From: Pseudoalteromonas translucida KMM 520
GTDB lineage: Bacteria; Pseudomonadota; Gammaproteobacteria; Enterobacterales; Alteromonadaceae
Direction of reading: 5' to 3'
Length of the DNA: 32,000 nt
Assembly: GCF_001465295.1 (NCBI RefSeq)
Contig: NZ_CP011034.1
Span: 2,850,001 to 2,882,000, forward strand
The position numbers and the translations under genes were made by a program. Below, piece by piece: positions 25,676 through 32,000 of the stretch. How positions within the stretch are numbered: position 1 is the first letter of the stretch; every line of letters begins with the position of its first letter. The notes below the pieces were generated by a model. It did not search any database, was not told the DNA's origin, and saw only the letters and a program-made list of their open reading frames with translations.

Positions 25676-27028
25676 ATGAAAATGAAATTATCACTTATCA
25701 GCGCAGCTATTCTATCTACTAGCCTATTATTGAGCCCGGTTACGTCTTACGCAAAAATGCCGATTGCAGTAAATGGCCAACAATTACCAACACTTGCGCC
25801 TATGTTAGAGCAAATAACCCCTGGTGTTGTCAGTATCCAGGTGTCGGGCTCAAAAGAAGTACGTCGCCGCGCCGATCCGCTGGAGTTCTTTTTTGGTAAC
25901 CCACAACCTCGCAGTCAAAAACGTCAATTTAGCGGGTTAGGCTCAGGGGTTATTATTGATGCTAAAAAAGGTTATGTCGTCACTAACAACCATGTGATCC
26001 AAGACGCCGAAAAAATGATAGTCACCCTTGAAGACGGCCGAGAGTTTGAGGCAACCAAAATTGGCACTGATAAAGAGTCTGATATCGCCTTATTACAAAT
26101 AGAGGCAGATGATTTAACCGCAGTAAAGCTAGCTAACTCTGATAATTTACGGGTGGGCGACTTTGCTGTTGCCATTGGTAACCCATTTGGTTTAAGCCAT
26201 ACGGTTACATCTGGCATAGTAAGCGCACTTGGTCGCAGTGGCTTAAATATTGAAGGTTACGAAGATTTCATTCAAACCGATGCCGCTATTAACCAAGGTA
26301 ACTCTGGTGGTGCATTAGTTAATTTAAATGGCGAGCTAATTGGAATTAACACCGCAATTTTAGGTGCATCTGGCGGTAACGTGGGCATTGGCTTTGCTAT
26401 TCCTTCCAATATGATGAAAAACTTAGTTGATCAAATTATTGAACACGGTGAAGTTCGCCGTGGCTCGCTAGGAATATCCGGTCGCCCTCTCGATGCTGGG
26501 CTTGCCAAAGCACAGCAGCTTGACGTAAAACAAGGCGCGTATGTTATGCAAGTAATGGATAACACTGCAGCCAGTAAAGCGGGTATACAAGCAGGCGATG
26601 TTATTATTAGCATTAATGGTAGTGATATTAGCGGCTTTCATGAATTACGCAGTAAAATAGCAACCTTAGGCGAAGGCCGAGACGTTAAATTAGGCATTTA
26701 CCGCGACGGTAAAATAAAAACAGTTAAAGTAACCCTAGATGGCGCATCTGGCATTACCGCAACAGGCGAAGAGTTACACCCTGCTTTTCAAGGTGCCACA
26801 TTAGAAAACGTTAAGAAAAATAACGTTAAAGGTATTGAAGTTAGTACGGTAGATCCGCGTTCTCCTTCAGCGCGTGTTGGCCTTGAAGAAGGTGATATTA
26901 TTGTGCAAGTAAATCGCCAGCGCGTAGAAAGCATAAATGATATGAACCAAATCATTGAAAACATCAAAGGCAACATTGTATTAGGGGTAAAACGCGGTCG
27001 TGAGTCTATATTTGTACTCATTCAATAA
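25676..27028 (+). CDS. degQ: Periplasmic serine endoprotease, DegP/DegQ (HtrA) family, two PDZ domains
   Basis: 450-aa ORF with a signal peptide (...VTSYA), the catalytic triad context TNNHV / DIALLQ / GNSGGALVN and two PDZ regions. Followed by degS. Confidence 0.93.
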   Translation: MKMKLSLISAAILSTSLLLSPVTSYAKMPIAVNGQQLPTLAPMLEQITPGVVSIQVSGSKEVRRRADPLEFFFGNPQPRSQKRQFSGLGSGVIIDAKKGYVVTNNHVIQDAEKMIVTLEDGREFEATKIGTDKESDIALLQIEADDLTAVKLANSDNLRVGDFAVAIGNPFGLSHTVTSGIVSALGRSGLNIEGYEDFIQTDAAINQGNSGGALVNLNGELIGINTAILGASGGNVGIGFAIPSNMMKNLVDQIIEHGEVRRGSLGISGRPLDAGLAKAQQLDVKQGAYVMQVMDNTAASKAGIQAGDVIISINGSDISGFHELRSKIATLGEGRDVKLGIYRDGKIKTVKVTLDGASGITATGEELHPAFQGATLENVKKNNVKGIEVSTVDPRSPSARVGLEEGDIIVQVNRQRVESINDMNQIIENIKGNIVLGVKRGRESIFVLIQ

Positions 27029-27055
27029 TTTATAACCGTTAAAATGTAATAAAAG

Positions 27056-27087
27056 TAACAGCGGCACTTGCCGCTGTTATTTTTTTT
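27056..27087 (+). terminator. Rho-independent terminator of degQ
   Basis: TAACAGCGGCacttGCCGCTGTTAtttttttt: a 10-bp stem followed by T8, 28 nt after the degQ stop. Confidence 0.88.
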
Positions 27088-27127
27088 GGCCATCATAAAG
27101 AGATTGCTCACTAACAATAAGAATCTT

Positions 27128-28210
27128 GTGCTAAAAATCTTAAAATTTATACTCCCGCCTCTATTTGCAGGCCTAGGCATTGCTTTTTTAGTGGTTTTTT
27201 TTAGCCCTAATATGCGCACTGCATTGCTACCTAATGTGCCACTGCCCAGTGCTATGAGTAGCAACCATTTAAGCTTTTCAGATGCGGTTAAGCGTGCGGC
27301 TCCTTCGGTTGTCACCGTTTTTTCAGAAAGTATTTCTAAAGAACCACGCTATAAACGACAAAACACCGTACAAGAACTAGGTTCGGGCGTGATCATGTCG
27401 CAAGATGGCTATATTCTTACCAATTATCATGTGATTAATAATGCCGATCAAATACTGGTTATATTAACCGATGGCCGACGCTTTTTTGATGTACAGCTTA
27501 TTGGTTTTGATACTATTACTGACCTTGCACTCTTAAAAATTAATGCCGATCACTTACCTGTTATTCCTGTTAACGATAACTACTCATCAAGTGTTGGCGA
27601 CATTGTGCTGGCCATTGGTAACCCTTTAAATTTAGGGCAAACCATTACCCAAGGCATTATTAGCGCCACCGGCAAACAAAAAATTACCGACAGCCCTTAT
27701 AATAATTTATTGCAAATGGACGCAGCTATTAATGTAGGCAATTCGGGCGGTGCATTAGTTAATTCCAATGGTGATTTAGTCGGGATTACTTCTGCGCAAT
27801 TTAAAACTCGCGAAAACTTAAACATACAGGGGATATTTTTTGCGGTTCCTTACTCTTTAGTTAAAGAGGTTATGGCTAAACTAATTCGCCATGGCCGAGT
27901 GGTTCGTGGCTACTTAGGCTTTGAGGGGACAGCTGTAGATAGCACAGGCAAAGAAGTAAACGACAGCCTGACGCCTGTAGCCGGTATGCGTATTACTAAC
28001 TTAGATCCACTAGGCCCAGCTTGGCAGGCAGGTATTGAAGAGCAAGATATTGTTATTGAAATTGCAGGACTTTCGGTAGCAAACCCACAAAAAGTGTTAG
28101 AAAAAATAGGCAATACCGAACCCGGTAAAGAAATAGAGTTTGAGCTGTACCGCAATGGTAAAATAGAAAAAATAATGGTGACGGTTGCAGAGCTTGAAAC
28201 TAAGCTTTAA
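27128..28210 (+). CDS. degS: Outer-membrane-stress sensor serine endopeptidase DegS (one PDZ)
   Basis: Triad context TNYHV / DLALLK / GNSGGALVN with a single PDZ. With a GTG start at 27128 the N-terminus is MLKILKFILPPLFAGLGIAFLVV, a TM anchor comparable to E. coli DegS. The ORF-track TTG at 27068 lies inside the degQ terminator hairpin. Confidence 0.9.
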   Translation: MLKILKFILPPLFAGLGIAFLVVFFSPNMRTALLPNVPLPSAMSSNHLSFSDAVKRAAPSVVTVFSESISKEPRYKRQNTVQELGSGVIMSQDGYILTNYHVINNADQILVILTDGRRFFDVQLIGFDTITDLALLKINADHLPVIPVNDNYSSSVGDIVLAIGNPLNLGQTITQGIISATGKQKITDSPYNNLLQMDAAINVGNSGGALVNSNGDLVGITSAQFKTRENLNIQGIFFAVPYSLVKEVMAKLIRHGRVVRGYLGFEGTAVDSTGKEVNDSLTPVAGMRITNLDPLGPAWQAGIEEQDIVIEIAGLSVANPQKVLEKIGNTEPGKEIEFELYRNGKIEKIMVTVAELETKL

Positions 28211-28212
28211 TA

Positions 28213-28250
28213 AAAAAGGCCGGATAGCAATTAGCTTATCCGGCCTTTTA
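28213..28250. terminator. Bidirectional rho-independent terminator (degS on +, murA on -)
   Basis: aaaaaGGCCGGATAgcaattagctTATCCGGCCtttt lies between convergent genes. Confidence 0.85.
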
Positions 28251-28274
28251 AAAATATCTTAACTAAATAGTTAC

Positions 28275-29805
<1,531 letters not shown>

Positions 29806-29810
29806 AACTC

Positions 29811-30104
29811 TCACTCAAATAGGGTTGTAACTTGACCCAATTGCATTAAATTTTGCAATTGTTCAGGTGGATTTTGCAACTCAAGGCGAATGCCTTGTTG
29901 CTTGTACTGCGCAAAAGTGTGAATTAACCAAGCTAAGCCTGCTGTGTCAACCCTAGATACGTCACTAAGATCAAAGTAGCAGATTTTATGCTTGGTTATT
30001 GCCTGACTGCCCAGGTGCTTTTCATCGCCAATTGAACTTCGAGTAAGCTCACCACTAACTCGAAAATGTTGCTCATCAACTTGGCTTATCACCAACTTAG
30101 TCAT
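29811..30104 (-). CDS. mlaB: Phospholipid ABC transporter STAS-domain subunit MlaB
   Basis: 97-aa STAS-like ORF ([14 protein letters not shown]). Overlaps the mlaC end; mla operon order. Confidence 0.85.
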   Translation of the reverse strand: MTKLVISQVDEQHFRVSGELTRSSIGDEKHLGSQAITKHKICYFDLSDVSRVDTAGLAWLIHTFAQYKQQGIRLELQNPPEQLQNLMQLGQVTTLFE

Positions 30105-30777
30105 TGGTGTCGCTGCCTCGAAACTGTACTGGCAGTTGGCTCTTTTGCTCTAAAAGATTACTTACGTGGTCAATACCTTGTTGACGTAATATGCCTTGTA
30201 GCTCGCTTTGCTTTGCATCTAGTAAGCTAATACCTTCTGCAATCATATCGTAAGCGCGCCATTCACCACTTCTGTCTTCACGTACTTTAAAGTCAATTTT
30301 AATATCGGGTTTACCTGCTTCAATTATCTTGGTTTTTACTACCACCACATCTTTACCTTTAAAAGGTTGTGGTGCGCCAAACTCGACTTGTTGGTTGGTG
30401 TATTGGGTAAAAACACCTGCGTACGTTGCTACTAGGTACTCTCTAAATACCACAATAAAGCGCTGAATATCTTTAATTGCGCGCGCTTTTTCAGCTTCAT
30501 CGGTTATTGCACGCACTTTTGATACTTCGCTGCCTAATACTCGCAGTGCCGCATATTTGTAGTCAATGTAGGGCATTAATTCTTCTTCAACAATGACACG
30601 TAAGTGCTCATTATTTTTAATAATTAATGGCTGATCTTTTGTGATCCGCTCAAAGGTATTATCTGCCACTTGGCGTACCATTTTATTAGGATCAATTAGC
30701 TTAACATCAGCAGCTTTAACTCCCGATGCAAACGTTAGCGTACTAAGCGCTGCAATAACTAAAAACTTTTTCAACAT
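30097..30777 (-). CDS. mlaC: Periplasmic phospholipid-binding protein MlaC (Ttg2D/toluene-tolerance family)
   Basis: 226-aa ORF with a signal peptide; synteny between mlaD and mlaB. Confidence 0.88.
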   Translation of the reverse strand: MLKKFLVIAALSTLTFASGVKAADVKLIDPNKMVRQVADNTFERITKDQPLIIKNNEHLRVIVEEELMPYIDYKYAALRVLGSEVSKVRAITDEAEKARAIKDIQRFIVVFREYLVATYAGVFTQYTNQQVEFGAPQPFKGKDVVVVKTKIIEAGKPDIKIDFKVREDRSGEWRAYDMIAEGISLLDAKQSELQGILRQQGIDHVSNLLEQKSQLPVQFRGSDTND

Positions 30778-30782
30778 AATAA

Positions 30783-31331
30783 TTACTCACTACCTTGGTT
30801 GAATAAAAACTGCCCAATTAATTCTTCTAGCACTAAGGCAGACTTAGTATCGGTAATAGACCCACCGTTACCTAGCGCTTTACTTTCTACGCCAAATAAA
30901 TCATCAATTGCTTGATCTTGTTCGTTATGTACCACTGTTAAGCCTAAACAACGCTGCTCTGCTGATTCTGGTGCAATAACAGGGTTAATTCCTAAGTACT
31001 GCTCACCTAAAATACCTGAGGTTAAAATTGAGATTGAGCTAGTATCTGAAAAACGACATAAATACTGTGCATCAATGGTCATATTAACAACCGGTAAAAA
31101 CTCTTGTGGATGAACATAAATAGATTCTACCCGGCCAATAACCACACCGCCCACTTTAATGGGTGCACGGGGTTTTAATGATCCTATGTTTTCAAATTTA
31201 GCATTAAGTGTATATGTGTCACCTGAGCCACTAATACCAGTGTTGGCCACTTTAAGCGCAAGCATAGCAAATGCTAAAATGCCTAGTGCGACAAAAAAAC
31301 CAACTAAAATCTCTAATTTCCGTGAATTCAT
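30783..31331 (-). CDS. mlaD: MCE-domain phospholipid transport subunit MlaD
   Basis: 182-aa ORF with an N-terminal TM (EILVGFFVALGILAFAMLAL) and an MCE domain (GSLKPRAPIKVGGVVIGRVESI). Confidence 0.92.
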   Translation of the reverse strand: MNSRKLEILVGFFVALGILAFAMLALKVANTGISGSGDTYTLNAKFENIGSLKPRAPIKVGGVVIGRVESIYVHPQEFLPVVNMTIDAQYLCRFSDTSSISILTSGILGEQYLGINPVIAPESAEQRCLGLTVVHNEQDQAIDDLFGVESKALGNGGSITDTKSALVLEELIGQFLFNQGSE

Positions 31332-31344
31332 TATCTATACCCTA

Positions 31345-32000
31345 CTAGTTGGTAAACATTACCGCTGTCAAAAGAAAGTCAAACCCTAACACTGCTAAAG
31401 ATGAGTGCACCACGGTTTCTGTGGTTGCTTTACTGATCCCCTCAGAAGTTGGCACACAATCATATCCTTTATAAAGGGCGATCCAGGTCACTACAATAGC
31501 AAATACAACGCTTTTAATTATGCCGTTGAGTATGTCTTGTTGAAACGAAACTTGTGATTGCATAATTGACCAAAAACTTCCGGTATCAACGCCTAGCCAA
31601 TCAACGCCAACTAAATGAGCGCCAATAATAGCCACTGCCGAAAATATTAATGCTAACAACGGCATACTTATTAAACCAGCCCAAAAACGCGGTGCAATTA
31701 TACGTTTCAATGGATCAATGGCCATCATTTCGAGTGATGATAATTGCTCGGTTGCTTTCATTAAGCCAATTTCAGCGGTGAGCGCACTGCCCGCCCGCCC
31801 AGCAAATAGCAATGCAGTAACCACAGGGCCAAGCTCTCTAAGTAAACTCAGTGCAACTAAAGGACCTAAGCTATCTTCAGCACCATAACCAACCAGCACT
31901 GTATAGCCTTGCAGCGCTAATACCATGCCAATAAACAACCCCGACACCACAATAATGAGCAACGATTGTGAGCCCACCATATAAAGCTGGCGAATGAGTA
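31345..32000 (-). CDS. mlaE: Phospholipid ABC transporter permease MlaE, C-terminal part; gene continues past window end
   Basis: Near-colinear with E. coli MlaE ([46 protein letters not shown] ... [20 protein letters not shown]). The frame stays open upstream of the ORF-track Met (..[11 protein letters not shown]..) to position 32000. Confidence 0.93.
   Translation of the reverse strand, partial: LIRQLYMVGSQSLLIIVVSGLFIGMVLALQGYTVLVGYGAEDSLGPLVALSLLRELGPVVTALLFAGRAGSALTAEIGLMKATEQLSSLEMMAIDPLKRIIAPRFWAGLISMPLLALIFSAVAIIGAHLVGVDWLGVDTGSFWSIMQSQVSFQQDILNGIIKSVVFAIVVTWIALYKGYDCVPTSEGISKATTETVVHSSLAVLGFDFLLTAVMFTN

Noticed and set aside
27022-27315. 97-aa minus-strand ORF, and the TTG-initiated N-terminal extension of degS (27068-27127)
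   Set aside because: Both run through the degQ rho-independent terminator hairpin and T8 tract. The minus ORF is antisense to the degS TM anchor and has no RBS.

Overview
This window looks like ordinary, strongly syntenic gammaproteobacterial core chromosome. I found no mobile element, CRISPR array, tRNA or rRNA gene, defence island, or convincing undescribed multi-gene system. AT-rich composition, and petABC sitting between rpsI and sspA, suggest a marine Alteromonadales or Pseudoalteromonas-like organism; that is inference, since no database search was possible.

Gene order:
- 1-5270 (-): proximal dcw cluster, murF (partial), murE, ftsI, ftsL, rsmH, mraZ, with a recognisable Pmra promoter and phased MraZ operator.
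- 5.3-13.5 kb: a looser, accessory-looking stretch. It holds a DUF883/YqjD-like, YqjE-like, YqjK-like trio, a pirin, a large Cache-HAMP-PAS-PAS-GGDEF-EAL protein, a YihY/BrkB-family membrane protein and an MscS-family channel.
- 13630-13994 (-): RNase P RNA (rnpB).
- 14.0-18.4 kb: rsmI, then lpoA-yraN-diaA-dolP.
- 18.5-24.9 kb (-): sspB, sspA, petCBA (cytochrome bc1), rpsI, rplM, zapE.
- 25.1-28.2 kb (+): zapG (yhcB), degQ, degS.
- 28.3-32.0 kb (-): murA, ibaG, mlaB, mlaC, mlaD, mlaE (partial).

Several ORF-track start codons were revised from RBS positions and homolog N-termini: sspA, the yihY-like gene, zapG, degS, ibaG, dolP and the DUF883 gene.

Everything worth a second look is small and non-coding:
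- A sigma-E-type promoter motif overlaps the zapG stop codon and is followed by an intrinsic terminator immediately upstream of degQ. It could be a 3'UTR-type sRNA or an attenuated leader.
- Three terminators are followed by a gene with no room for a promoter (before degQ, degS and sspA).
- About 370 nt upstream of petA is unexplained non-coding sequence.
- The rplM leader contains a 20-bp perfect palindrome.
- A 200-bp spacer sits inside the yqjD-like trio.
- The GGDEF-EAL gene has no canonical start codon upstream of a natural-looking N-terminus.

All of these are hypotheses read by eye and need transcript mapping or comparative data.
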